DNA of 63,859 nucleotides, the filler included, from Octopus bimaculoides (Eukaryota): the NCBI RefSeq assembly GCF_001194135.2. It is 6 parts of 6 records of this genome, joined end to end, with 100 filler letters (N's around TTAATTAATTAA, not from the genome) between each part and the next. Parts side by side here need not be neighbours in the genome. Positions count along the whole stretch, not along the records: positions 30,596 to 39,031 come from NC_069002.1; positions 39,132 to 46,530 come from NC_068990.1; positions 46,631 to 55,341 come from NC_068993.1; 3 more parts are not named here. One strand, written 5' to 3'. The translations under genes were made by a program, and so were the position numbers. Positions 34,043-47,900 of the stretch are shown piece by piece. The notes beneath the pieces were generated by a model. The model saw only the letters and a program-made list of their open reading frames with translations. It made no database searches and was not told the DNA's origin. The stretch's first letter is position 1; every line of letters begins with the position of its first letter.

Positions 34043-36577
34043 TTATCTATATACTCGTCTCCCTCACTATCTTTCTATCTATATATAAAGCAAAGCCATG
34101 CCGGTGTAGGCCATATCTCTCCATTAGTAACCCACTCCACTCTCCTGTTCTCTGTTACTTTGTGAATTTTCAATAAAGTTATTATAGAAGAACGTAGAAT
34201 GTTCTTACAGCGTTATGCAAGTAGCATGTGTTTCCACATCTATACTGAATTATTTTATGTTTATTCCTCGTCCTGCTCTGTTAATAATGTGTTGGTAGCA
34301 AGGGAATTACCTTTCCTCAGAAGAATGTAATTAGATACAAAATGTATATTTGTATCTAAATATAAGTGCAATGTTTTCTGTATTTGAATTTATGAAAAAA
34401 TATATATTTAGATTTAAATAAGCATTAAGTGAATGTCTTAAAATTCTGAATACAATGTTTTGTTCAGTTTTACAAAAAATATTCACGATTTAGCAAATAA
34501 ACTGAATAAAATACATGAAAGAGTATTTACTGAACTATCGCTAAGAATCTTTTATTGTTCAGCTTTATATCATCTCAGTACAGATTGTAGGGACAAGGGC
34601 CGTTCCATCCGTTACCATCTGGCCTCGCTCCCCTGGACCCTCTTTCTTCAAAAGGTCTTTTTATATTTATAAGAGTGGATGTTATTTGAGGGATATTTCA
34701 CTGCTATTCGTTGTAAGTGGAACAATTCCTTAGGGCAAGAATGTTGACCTTTGCAAAATGGCATTTCTGGAAGAGTGTGGCAAAAGGGTATGTGTGTATA
34801 TTCTTTATGAAATTTATTGTTTCGAACGGAAGTATGAACCATTAGAAATAACATCATTTTATTAAGAACATCAAAACTTTATAATCTTGCATATGTTCAC
34901 TTAACCCTGAAAAGATGATGACTCACGGCTGTTGGTCACAGTTTCAGAGACATTCTTGAGTGAATGTGGATTCAATTTTTTCTTTGTCAGTCAAAGGAAA
35001 ATCAAGAAATGTCCTGAATTCTCAAGTAGTTCTTGTGCACCACAATCAATGTGGAAGTCCTAAACTTTTAAAATGTTTTGAATGAGAACATAGTTAAACA
35101 GCCACATTTTCAAAACACTTCAGAAAAACACGCAAGTTTGTAGAAATAGTATCAGTGAATTCAACAACTTCGATAAAAAGCGCATAAGCAACACCCGAGA
35201 GAACCACTACACTAGCAATAAGGAACGAGAAACTAAATTCTTTAACTCTCATAATTAACTTGGGTAAGCATATAAAATATATAGCCACAGATTAATATAT
35301 CCACAGCCATCAATAAACATATCGATATCCCCCCCCCCCTCTGTAATCTATGTTGGGATGCACACTATCATCAAGAGGTACAGAAGAAAAGCAATTGTAG
35401 CTGAGCGAGTTCGCCTTGATCTCAAGTGCTGCAACCGTCGCCTAAATCTAAAGAAAGAGAGGAATCGTGTGAATAGTTTGTAAGCGTTCATAATGTCCTC
35501 TCTGTCATACTACATTTCGGACATAAAATATGTTGTAGCGTGCAGTTACCTCCCTGGACAGTTGAAAATATGGTTTAACTGATGAGAGGAATCCATGTGC
35601 CGCACTTCAAACATTCAGCCGACATCCTTCGTGTTACAGCATTTCTTGTTTTGAAATGTTCTGTGGTTACGCAATGATATGAAAACAAATAAATAATACT
35701 TCAACCACTCGTCACATTTTTATTGTTATTATCATTATTTTCTTTATTTATATCCAACAAGAAAGTCGCTATATTTAAGCATTATTAGTATAATATATTT
35801 AAATATTATGATAATGTGGGAAAATCTGTTTTATTCATCTTACGCCTGATTGACAACAGCCTCAAATTAGATTTCCAGTGATCTCTTTCATGTTTGTCAA
35901 TGGTAAACTTCATCAAAATTCTTACCCATTCTATAAATCCCAATCCAACACAGGCTTCTATTTGCTATAACATTACCTCACTAAGATTAATGCCATATGT
36001 TTGGAACTTCTCTGGTTAAAAAGAAGAAAATGTATTTCCTTCTCATCTTCTCGTATCCCTTGGCATCACTTAGCCTCTCAGGCACTCTCTCGATTTCCTT
36101 CCATTTTTTATTCTTCTGCACTCATATATATATATATACATATGTAAATCTTTTAATATCCATCCATCTATTAATCCATCCATTCCTCCATCCACTCATA
36201 ATTCCTTCCCTCCCTCTTTGATCGATTTCATCCTTCCATCAATCCATCCATCCACACACGTCATTTCCTACACTTTACCACGTATCCACATATAAATCCA
36301 CATATCTCTTTATAAACCGACATCTTTATTGATAAATATAAATAACCGTTCTTTCCCGACTTCAATTTCCTTCACCAATACTCCTCAGCCTCTCACCCTC
36401 AATCTAAGTCTCTCTCATCAAACCCAATCCCTCATCTCTACAAAGACTCTCTTCTTGCTCATCACTTCCGCATTCATTCTAACAATGTCATTTGTTTTTC
36501 TTCGTTTCGTCCAACTTACACCAGTTTTAGATTCATTAAACACTCACCTCTTCTCAGTCCTTCCTTCTCTCTCTCAC

Positions 36578-36618
<41 letters not shown>

Positions 36619-37142
36619 ACCCCTTCCTCTCTTCACACTTTACCACACAATTAACCCAGAGAGGGAAAACAACCAAACTAACAAACATAAACTTAACGCC
36701 ACACAACAAAGCACAACGACATAAAATAAACGAATAAACATGTAAAATATTTAAATAAACACTGAAGTAATTTCATTTATTCTGGATTTGATTCAACATA
36801 GTTATTCCCCCTCCCCGTTTCTATTTTCCTTAGTGAAGTGCGGCAGATGGCGCTTGTGCTGATTGTATTTCTGATTATATTCAATTGAAAAAACATTTCA
36901 ACAGTTCCTCTTCCATGATTAACCTATTTGTCGTTTGTTTCACTCGACCTACATGAAATACGTTAATTTTGTAAAAAATTATTTTAATTTTCACCACGTG
37001 TTTTTTATTTGCCTGAAATTGACAGGGTTGGGGGTGAAGAGAAGAATACCGTTGCTTTTGTGTTACATAAACGTGTGTGTATGTGTATATTCATGTATAT
37101 ATGCGTGTATGCGTGCAGTTCTGTGTGTGTGTGTGTGTGTAA

Positions 37143-37175
<33 letters not shown>

Positions 37176-37177
37176 GT

Positions 37178-37305
<128 letters not shown>

Positions 37306-37776
37306 ATCAAAATTGCAGCGGTTAAACTGGAAAACAATATACAAAGTGGACTTCTGAGAGCAATATGAAAATCAGCGTTGAGAAATTTCAAGCGAGCGCT
37401 TCTACGCAGTCATTCCACAAAGAGACGGCAACCAGGATAAACAGCACCAGGAGCTATTAAAATACAGAGTGATCAGTGTGTAATCTGGGAATCAATATGA
37501 GTAATTATAAACCATTCCGTGTGTATATCAATGTGATGGCAAAAAAAGAAAAAAGAAAAAAGTAAAATGGCAACTATGTTGGTCCTATAGAGAATATTTG
37601 TTGTCAGTTACCTGAGCAACTGTTCCCAATTATACTCGTCATATAGCGTCGACCTAACAAGGTTATTAGAGGCAATCCAACTCTGTTACAAGATGTCTTC
37701 AGTACAACAAATGATCAAATGATCTATTGGTGGCCAGGCTGTACAGGAAGTACAGACGGCAAAGGTATGCAGTGAG

Positions 37777-37819
<43 letters not shown>

Positions 37820-39131
37820 CAAAATAAGCAGTAAGGATATCCAGAGGTAATGCAGTACGATCGTTTCACGCAACTCCATTTAACTGAACAATGCAACCAT
37901 TACATCAATTTAAATGCAGAGCAATCCTCAGCTGCACATAGAATTTAATTAAATTAAAGCAGATGGATATTTTTTTATAATTTTACCAAAAATCTCCAAG
38001 AAGTTAAAGAGATAGACAAAGAACATGTTGCCTTCACTTCCACTTAGAAGCTGAGTGGAAGAGAAGGCAGCATGCTGAAACAGGTTAATTGGGTATTTCT
38101 TCTGGGGAGAATCTACCATAAAGGAGTTACATTCCAAATGTGTTGGTCGACCCTCGACAGACTCAGATGTGTGAGTTTTGGTAATGCATGCATTTAAAAA
38201 AAAACGTTATTAGCATAAACGTATATAAATATATATAAACAAATATGTTTGAAATTGTGCGCGTGTATTTGTAATACATAATAGTTGCTATTTTTGCTGA
38301 AGATTCAGTTCGGATGAACTTGGTGTTAGAGAGAGAGAGAGAGAGGGGGAGGGAAGTGGGAGAGATCGGTAACATTCACATTGTAATTATGTGTGTGTGT
38401 GTTAAAATATCGGAGACAACAAAAAGTATGACGTATTAAAAACTGCTTGTTAATTACCATATTAGAGTATCGCGTCATCTATATCTATGAGCAGCAGTTA
38501 TGGTCAATACAAAATATGTAAAGAAAGGAAAACGTAAACGCTACCAAATCCAATTGATAAAAATTTTATATAAAAACCTACAACTACTACGAAATCAATA
38601 CGTTTTATCTTTAACTTAGTTTAATGAATTATATTGTAAAATATCAACGACATATTCATGAGAAACGTGTTTAATTGCATCCATTGAAACCAAAAATTAT
38701 ACTGCTACCTGTACAGAAAACCTAATATACATCTATACCATTTTATTAATATTTTTATTAACGAGAACTGGTGTGCAAACATCTCTTAAAGGATTATAGC
38801 GCCTTGACATGATTATATATATATATATATATATATAAACAAATAATAAATGAGTATATGCATGTATACGTACAGGTATGTGCATACCTACGTCTACCTG
38901 TATATATAGGTGCATATCTGGGTACAGGACATTGCAAACAAAACGTAGACAAGAAAATAATAATAACCAGAGTACAGAAAACACACAAGCCACATAGAGA
39001 ACATTTTCCTTCACCAGCTACCCCCGTTTTANNNNNNNNNNNNNNNNNNNNNNNNNNNNNNNNNNNNNNNNNNNNTTAATTAATTAANNNNNNNNNNNNN
39101 NNNNNNNNNNNNNNNNNNNNNNNNNNNNNNN

Positions 39132-39162
<31 letters not shown>

Positions 39163-39175
39163 CATAGACATACAC

Positions 39176-39345
39176 ATATGTTTGCTACGGGCTTCTTTCA
39201 GTTTCAGCCGACCAAATCCATTCTCAAGGCTTTAGTCGGCTCGGAGCTAGAGTGGAGGACAACTGCCCGAGGTCCCGCGCAGTGGGACTGAACCCAAGAC
39301 CAAAAGGTGGCTCGGAAGCAAGTTTCCTACACGCTCAGTTTCACT
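39176..39345 (-). mobile_element. SINE family B 5' half
   Basis: CGGGCTTCTTTCAGTTTC..ACCAAATCCA...GCAGTGGGACTGAACCC matches 43115-43270 and 56170-56330. Confidence 0.8.
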
Positions 39346-39754
39346 TGCACCAGGTACTTACGTATATATATCGTGACATTCATTTCATATAGCTCATGTA
39401 TTATGCATACTGTTGATAGCCAATTAAATATGCTCATACTGGCTCAGATACTAACCAATCAATTCATTAAAAAGTTATACTTATTTGCTTTTCCTTCTTT
39501 TTGACATGATATATGCAATACTGCGAGCGTGAATAGATGAGCGGTATTTTATCTCTTTGCGTCAATATAATACTTCGTTTTCTTTTGTTTTTTGCTTGGC
39601 TGTTTTTTGTTTTGTTTTGTTTTGTTTTGCTTTTGTACTTGTTGCTGCTTTGATTGGTGGAAGGGGCAATGTGTATAGTCTTCGCATGCCTTCCAAGTCT
39701 GGCGACATTCATTTAGTGCCATTAATGCTTCGCATAAGCTGTTGCCAATTGGCA

Positions 39755-39838
<84 letters not shown>

Positions 39839-39861
39839 CCCCCCTCTCTCTCTCTCTCTCT

Positions 39862-39932
<71 letters not shown>

Positions 39933-39975
39933 CATACATTCATACATACGTATATATATACATATACATGTTGGA

Positions 39976-40090
<115 letters not shown>

Positions 40091-40499
40091 TATATATATA
40101 TATGATAGACTCTTCCGTCGAAGACGATGTATGTGCGTTAAGCTTTTGCCGAACGATCTGCACAAATGATTTGTTTATAATGATCAAATGTTCGTGCCGT
40201 ACATTACCTCACTCTCTGTATCGAATTGACGTTTTCTGAACAGGTGCACGGGGTACGACACGTCAGGTTTCTAAGTGATCGCAAAACAATATGAGATGAA
40301 GTGCCTTGCCCAAGAACACAAGGCATACATACATACATACATGCATGCAAGCATACATACATACATACATACATACATGCATACATACATACATACATAC
40401 ATGCATACATGCATACATACATACATACATACATACATGTACATATATATATAATGTATGTATATATGTATGTATGTATCTATGTGTATATGCATAATG

Positions 40500-40640
40500 G
40501 CATAGGTGTAGGAATGGCTGTGTGACAAGAAGTTCCGGGTTCAATCCCACTGCATGTTACCTTGGCTAAGTCTACTATAGCCTCGGGCGGACCAAAAGCT
40601 TGTGAGTGGATTTGAAAACTTAAAAGAAACCCGTCGTATA
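40500..40640 (+). mobile_element. SINE family B 5' half
   Basis: GGTGTAGGAATGGCTGTGTG...CCGGGTTCAATCCCACTGC...CTACTATAGCCTCGGGCGGACCAAAG, with A and B boxes. Confidence 0.8.
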
Positions 40641-41687
40641 TCACGGTTTTACCTTTAAATTACCAACTACTATATACCTTATAACAAGGACTATACATAG
40701 TGAGGTAATACACCAGGAGTGTCTACGGATACATCTATCCCTTAGATGGTTGCATAACCTCTGACTTATATTTTGCTTAATATATATATATGCAAGGATA
40801 AAATCTATATAAGATTTTATCGAATAGCCAGCGTGTAAACCAGTTATAGAAAAAAATTTATACAAAGTATCTAATTTTTTTCCTTTATATATAAAATATA
40901 TTATAATATCAATGACTATTTCTCTGTGTGTTTGTGTGTGTATGTGTATGGGTATTACATCCTTGTGTGCGTGTGTGTGTGTTTACATAGAAAACAAAGT
41001 AATAATATACATTATCTCTATAGAGATAATGTATATTATTACTTTGCTTTGTTTTCTTTTTAATCCTTTTATATATTTAACTATTTACAGATGAATCTAT
41101 TTACAGATAATTCAATTTTTAATGTCATTTGGTGACCACAACTTCTAATGCGACAAGGTCATTATTTCTTCGATGGTTCCAGGACTGAATAATGAATTTA
41201 TATAACCCAAAACAAAAGCAGAAAGGTGATACAAAATAAAATAGCAAATGATTAGGATCATATAATGCTGAATGACACAATAAACCCTTTCTACTCTTCT
41301 CAGAATCTCAAAACTCGAGCTGGGGACGCCTCTACGTTATTGATCAACTTGCTAGAAATAGTGCACAAATTCTTTGAAATTATAATCGTTTTTAGAAAGG
41401 CAAGACCACTAAACACTATCTTTAAAAACACGATATGGTCGGTCAAGGCATGAATACATTTGATTGTAGGTCCTCTCAACTAAAGTTATCGAGAAGTGGA
41501 CAACAACAACAAATCTTCAAACCTCAGCCTTCAAACCTTTCATATGTAAATATGTATGTGTATTTATGCATATAAACACGACATTATGTATATATATATA
41601 AAGAGAAAATGGAATTCACGAGATTCATTAATTACAGCAATCGTTTCGACATATTATTTCCTTACTATCTATCTATCTATTTATCTA

Positions 41688-41724
<37 letters not shown>

Positions 41725-41796
41725 ATGTCTGTCTGTCTATCTATTTAAATGTACGTATGTGTTGTGTGTGTGTGTGTACGTGCGCGCTCACACACA

Positions 41797-41834
<38 letters not shown>

Positions 41835-41939
41835 TATGTATATATACTGTTGAACATTGGGAGGTTCAATAGTATTTCTTTCAACACACGAATTCACATC
41901 AAGAATCTTGCAAACTAAATACAAATACGAACTCCATAT

Positions 41940-42164
41940 ATATTCTTTCATTCTTTTACTTCTTTTATTTGTTTTAGTCATTTGACTGCGGCCATGCTGG
42001 AGCACCGCCTTTAGTCGAGCAAATCGACCCCAGGACTTATTCTTTGTAAGCCTAGTACTTATTCTATCGTTCTCTTTTGCCGAACCACTAAGTTATGGAG
42101 ACGGAAACCCATCAGCATCGGTTGTCAAGCGATGTTGACGGACAAACACAGACACACAAACATA

Positions 42165-42211
<47 letters not shown>

Positions 42212-43082
42212 NNNNNNNNNNNNNNNNNNNNNNNNNNNNNNNNNNNNNNNNNNNNNNNNNNNNNNNNNNNNNNNNNNNNNNNNNNNNNNNNNNNNNNNNN
42301 NNNNNNNNNNNNNNNNNNNNNNNNNNNNNNNNNNNNNNNNNNNNNNNNNNNNNNNNNNNNNNNNNNNNNNNNNNNNNNNNNNNNNNNNNNNNNNNNNNNN
42401 NNNNNNNNNNNNNNNNNNNNNNNNNNNNNNNNNNNNNNNNNNNNNNNNNNNNNNNNNNNNNNNNNNNNNNNNNNNNNNNNNNNNNNNNNNNNNNNNNNNN
42501 NNNNNNNNNNNNNNNNNNNNNNNNNNNNNNNNNNNNNNNNNNNNNNNNNNNNNNNNNNNNNNNNNNNNNNNNNNNNNNNNNNNNNNNNNNNNNNNNNNNN
42601 NNNNNNNNNNNNNNNNNNNNNNNNNNNNNNNNNNNNNNNNNNNNNNNNNNNNNNNNNNNNNNNNNNNNNNNNNNNNNNNNNNNNNNNNNNNNNNNNNNNN
42701 NNNNNNNNNNNNNNNNNNNNNNNNNNNNNNNNNNNNNNNNNNNNNNNNNNNNNNNNNNNNNNNNNNNNNNNNNNNNNNNNNNNNNNNNNNNNNNNNNNNN
42801 NNNNNNNNNNNNNNNNNNNNNNNNNNNNNNNNNNNNNNNNNNNNNNNNNNNNNNNNNNNNNNNNNNNNNNNNNNNNNNNNNNNNNNNNNNNNNNNNNNNN
42901 NNNNNNNNNNNNNNNNNNNNNNNNNNNNNNNNNNNNNNNNNNNNNNNNNNNNNNNNNNNNNNNNNNNNNNNNNNNNNNNNNNNNNNNNNNNNNNNNNNNN
43001 NNNNNNNNNNNNNNNNNNNNNNNNNNNNNNNNNNNNNNNNNNNNNNNNNNNNNNNNNNNNNNNNNNNNNNNNNNNNNNNNNN

Positions 43083-43116
<34 letters not shown>

Positions 43117-43270
43117 GACGGGATTCTTTCAGTTTCCGTCTACCAAATCCACTCACAAGGCTTTGGTCGGCTCGAGGCTTTAGTTGACATTTGCCCAAGG
43201 TTCCACGCAGTGGAACTGAACCAGGAACATGTGGTTGGTAAACAAGCTACTTACCACACAACCACTCCTG
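41940..43270 (-). mobile_element. SINE family B, full length, with internal microsatellite (gap inside)
   Basis: Tail GACTGCGGCCATGCTGGAGCACCGCC...GGTTGTCAAGCGAT at 41985-42133, (CA)n, N gap, (TA)n, then the tRNA-like head at 43115-43270. Confidence 0.85.
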
Positions 43271-43989
43271 CATATATATGTATGTATATAGGTACATACG
43301 TATATATCTATGTAGCGTAAATACACACACACACTTATACACATATATATACACATACATACGTTTATATAATTACATACGCACATACACACTCACTCAC
43401 ATGCACACCAAAATGTATTTTACAATTTTGCACTCATTCAAACTAACACAAATGCACAAATATATACGCATGCTTACGCGTGATAGTATGTCTATATGTG
43501 ACTGCCTACATCTGTATGTGTCTGTGCATGACCTTGTATAGATATTCATGCGTACTGTCTGAGTACGTGCGCGAGCACGCGTCCATGTGACCTTATTTAA
43601 TGGGTGCAAATAATAAACTATATTTAGTGTCAATCATTTTACTTAATTCTATTATTTTACACAGGCGTAGAGCATCACATCCGGTAGAGCGTAAATTATT
43701 CCTTCTCCACATAAATAACGCTATCTAGACGTAGCCAGTTTGGTATGGTGAGGAATAACAGTGCTTTGCATGCATGTGTTTGGAACAAGCGACAAGCTGG
43801 AATGAAAGACATTCTTTGGTGACGGAAACATGAGTCATAGAGAGAATCGGCTGCGAAGAATGGATCTGAGAACTGGGTCGATAGAACCGTTCTTAATTGG
43901 GACGTTTGGAACAATGTTAAGTCATAACCATTAATTTCAAGATGAATAGTTTTAGTTTTTGGAGGAGGCAGTGAGATGATGTGTTTGCA

Positions 43990-44412
43990 GTGGCAGGTTT
44001 TGAGAGAGTGGTGGTGTTGGCGAGTGTCAAGAGGCAGAGGTGGTGGTGACGGTACTGGTGATGTTGGTATTGGTGGTGGTGATGTGGGCGGTGGTGAGGA
44101 TGGTGGAAGAGGTGATGATGTTTCTGTGGTTGTTGTTGTTCGAGTTGTTGGTGGTATTGATGTTAGCAGTGGTGGTGTCGGTGGTTTTGGTGACGTTAGT
44201 GATGGGTTTTATGGTGGTGTTGGTAGTCGTCGCGGTGTTTGGGTCGTAATGTTCGTGTTGGTAGTTGTTGTTGTTGTTGCTGTTGTATTGGTGGTGGTGG
44301 TGGTAGAGATGGTGGTGATGCTTGCGGTGTATATCTTTGTGGTGGCGGTGGTAGTTGTGATGAATTTTAAGCTGCAGTGTTGTTGATTGTTGTGGTAGTC
44401 GTGTTGTTGCTT

Positions 44413-44473
<61 letters not shown>

Positions 44474-44529
44474 TAGCAGCAGCAGCAGAAGTAGTTGTAG
44501 TAGTGGTAGTAGTAGCAGCAGCAGCAGCT

Positions 44530-44589
<60 letters not shown>

Positions 44590-44720
44590 ACAGGAGCACC
44601 GGCAACAGCAGCAGCACGGGCAACACCTGCAACAGCAGCAGTGGTAGTAGTAGCAACCACGAAAGAACTAGAAGATATGATGGTATTAGGAATATGGAGA
44701 TGGGTCGTGGTAGTAATGTT
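43990..44720. repeat. Low-complexity triplet region: degenerate (GTG/GTT)n, then (GTA)n and (GCA)n blocks
   Basis: Visible directly; it generates the poly-Leu/Thr/Val ORFs in the track. Confidence 0.9.
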
Positions 44721-44743
44721 ATAGTGATTTGGGCAATAATCCT

Positions 44744-44940
44744 TTCTTCTATAGGCACAAGACCTGACGTTTGTGGTGAGGGAGGCGTTGTTAGTCGATT
44801 ATATCACTTATATCTTATCGACCCCGAAAGATGAAAGGCAGAGTCAACCTCAGCTGAATTTAAACTCAGGGAGTAAAGACGGACAAAATGTTGTCAAGCA
44901 TTTTGTCCGGCGCGCTAACGATTCAGCCAGTTCACCGCCA
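44744..44940 (-). mobile_element. SINE family C
   Basis: TTCTATAGGCACAAG tail, ATCGACCCCGAAAGATGAAAGGCAGAGTCAACCTC core, GATTCAGCCAGTTCACC head (revcomp). Confidence 0.8.
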
Positions 44941-46491
44941 ATAATATAGCTAATAATAGGACTAGTCTTTTCTTCTTAGCAAAATAGCACCTTCATTAGA
45001 GCCTTAAATAGAATTCCTCACGGTGTTTGTTTAGGCTCTCAGAATCCTGAGTTCAAATCTCGCGAAGGTCAACTTAGCTCATCATTTCGGAGTCAATAAA
45101 AGAAAAAAAAGCATCAATTCAAGGCGTTTGATTTACAGATTTTTAGAGCGTTGGACGAAATGCCTTGTGGTGTCTCATCCAGCTCTTTGCAACCTGAAAA
45201 CAATGCTTGCAACGACACTAGTACCAAGGTGTATCAACTTGGACGGTTTGACTATAAACAGCCTCTAGATTTGGCTGCGTTCTATGAAAATTCTATTCTA
45301 CTAAAGAGTAGATATTGATTTCATCCATACCAACCAAAACAAATTAGAAAGCATTTTCTCAATAACCCCCCCCCCCCAAAAAAAAACCCCCAAAAAAACA
45401 TTTGAATATTGCTAAATACATCCAGATTGGTGGATAAAAATATCTGTTATCGTTCCACTATTTTATTTTGTTTTGATACACTTATGTTTGTACACTCTGA
45501 AAAATGTTGACTCTACGCTGACTTAAATTAGTTAATTGTCAATAAACTGCGCTGATAAGACAAAATGATATCGAAACTTTTGCCTGCAGATAATGGAATT
45601 TGTTACATAAATATAATAGAGGATTATAAATTTTATTTAATGTTTTCTATTGAACAAATTTTGATTTTCAGTAACTGCTATCTAGAGAATGTACTATTCT
45701 TTTTAAACAGTAGAAAACGGAAAATGCTATGTCATGCAAATGATACAAAATATTAGAGTTCGAGTTTGATTATCTAAAAGAGACGGACGTGGAGTATTTT
45801 GTTTAGATAACTGATCGTTTCGATGACTGAAAAGCTCGAAAACAAAGAAAGCCATACTAAACGTAATTTAAGTGATTGATGTTCAGACAGCCAATGTTTA
45901 ACTGCAGAGAGAGAGTGGGGGGAGAACATACATGCGTACATATACATTATATATAGTCACATATATACATATATAAGCACACACGTATACATATACATAC
46001 GTTTATATCTAGATACAATCCCCCATATATATGTATACATACGCACAGAAGCACAGACAGGCACACACACACAGGCACACACACACAGGCACACACACAG
46101 ACATGCACATATATATGTATGTATCTATCTATTTATATGTAATTTTATATATAATCATAACATAATATATACATATGTGAATATATAAGTATTTTTTCTG
46201 TGTATATGTCTTCCGTGTGGTGGTGGTGGTGGTAGTGGTGTTCGCAGTAGTGTTCCTGTTGGTGTCGATGTTCCAGGTAATAGAGGCGGAGGAGAGTAAC
46301 ATTGAAGTGCTGCTGTTTTTGTATTAAAGTTTTAGTGATAATATTGGTAATAGTTTTGGTAGTTTTATCGTGTTATTTTCTTTTGTTTTGTTCTTTTGTG
46401 TATGTTTCTAGATATCTTCTATTTTCTTTTAGAACTGCCTTAAAAGATTTAAATTTGAGTGAAGTTTTATTCAAGTATTTGGCATGTGTGA

Positions 46492-46530
<39 letters not shown>

Positions 46531-46709
46531 NNNNNNNNNNNNNNNNNNNNNNNNNNNNNNNNNNNNNNNNNNNNTTAATTAATTAANNNNNNNNNNNNNN
46601 NNNNNNNNNNNNNNNNNNNNNNNNNNNNNNCAGCGTGACACAGAATGTGACAAGGCCGGCCCTGTGAATCGTCTGGTAAAATTACACACACACACACACA
46701 CACACACAT

Positions 46710-46900
46710 CCCGATTTTGGCACAAGTAATTTTAAAGGGAAGGGGATAGTCAATACCATCAACCCCAGTGCTTGTATTTTGTCGGCCCCGGAAGGGAAAA
46801 AAGGCGAAGTTGATCTCGGTGGGTTATTAACTTAGAATTAAAGAATCAAAACAAATTCTACAAAGCGTTTATTGCGACGCTCTATCGATTCTGCCAAATC
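46710..46900 (-). mobile_element. SINE family C, degenerate
   Basis: TTTTGGCACAAG...GGCGAAGTTGATCTCGG...GATTCTGCCAAATCG. Confidence 0.65.
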
Positions 46901-47329
46901 GTTTCCTAAATGTAAAGAAATGGAAGGCATTTAGTATAGCACTTAACCGTTTTCTGCGACTCATACATTCTTGTAGAACTAATATTTATTATAATGATTT
47001 TAATTAGAGGCACAAGGTGACATATTTTTTGATGAGGCACAATGTGATATGGATGTTGGTTGGTTAGTTGATAAAATGGTACCCGCTAATTATTCTATAG
47101 AAGCATGCAAGACAGAGTTGGTTTCGACAAGAATTAAACATTAATGAGCGTATATTGAAGCTCGATGCTCTAAATAAATACTTATGAAACTTATTTTTGG
47201 ACTATGACCCGTTTTCTTTCACCAACACTTTTACCAGCGCTCCCTAGCAGCAATTCAACGCTTCCTGCATCATTTTTCATGTAGATGTACGTCACACCGG
47301 ATACTAGTTTGAGACGGGTCACTACTTAC

Positions 47330-47610
47330 CGCAGTACTATCCTTCCATATGCGTATACTCTAAGTGTGGATAGTCCACGTTACTCCGTAAGGAGGGTCAT
47401 TTTTCCCGGCTTCCCTGACACACATATTCGTCCTTGGACGGGACGCCAGTCCATCACAGGATTACTAAATTTTACCAGCTGAGTCGAGTGGAGTAACGCG
47501 AAATAAAGTGTTTTGCTCAAGAATACAACGCATCGTCGGTGCAGGAATCGAAACCATAATCTTACGATTATGAGCCCAACACTACAACCACTGAGCCACG
47601 CGCCTTCATT
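47330..47610 (-). mobile_element. tRNA-derived SINE with a V-domain-like core
   Basis: Revcomp reads GGCGCGTGGCTCAGTGG (A box), GGTTTCGATTCC (B box), then CCTGTGATGGACTGGCGTCCCGTCCAAGG, which I recall as the V-SINE (MER6/HE1/DANA) conserved domain. Confidence 0.75.
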
Positions 47611-47689
47611 GCATATACCATAAGTGGTACATATTCGGGTTTTTATTTACTCATTCATAATTCAAAGCTTATTATAATTTTAATTGTGA

Positions 47690-47900
47690 GGTCGACGAGT
47701 TGGCAGAGTTGTTAGCATATCGCAGAAAATGCTTACCAGTATTTCTTACGTCTCTTTACGTTCTGAGTTCAAATCCCACCGAGGTCAACCTTGCTTTTCT
47801 TCCTTTCGGAATCGATAAAATCAAGTAGCAGCCAAGTAGTGGGGTCGAGGTAATCAACTGATTTACCTTCTCTTAAAATTGCTGGCCTTGAAACAATTTC
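47690..47900 (+). mobile_element. SINE family C
   Basis: GACGAGTTGGCAGAGTTGTTAGC head, GTTCTGAGTTCAAATCCC B box, GAGGTCAACCTTGC..TCCTTTCGGAATCGATAAAATCAAGTA core. Confidence 0.82.

Noticed and set aside
35570-35640. CTGATGA cores as possible hammerhead ribozymes (also 31668, 50219)
   Set aside because: No downstream GAAA with pairing stems.
40641-40865. Short ORF with a hydrophobic stretch (also 41265-41453, 43696-43914, 51864-52055)
   Set aside because: No recognisable motif or consistent splice phases; lengths are within chance expectation.
42095-43198. Long ORFs through N runs (also 1011, 12020, 15449, 29257, 32200, 48981, 50718, 52347, 56509, 62596)
   Set aside because: Open only because N codons are not stops.
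43976-44758. Poly-Leu, poly-Thr and poly-Val ORFs that look like mucin or membrane proteins
   Set aside because: They are translations of (GTA/GCA/GTG)n triplet repeats, open on both strands, with no splice or homology support.
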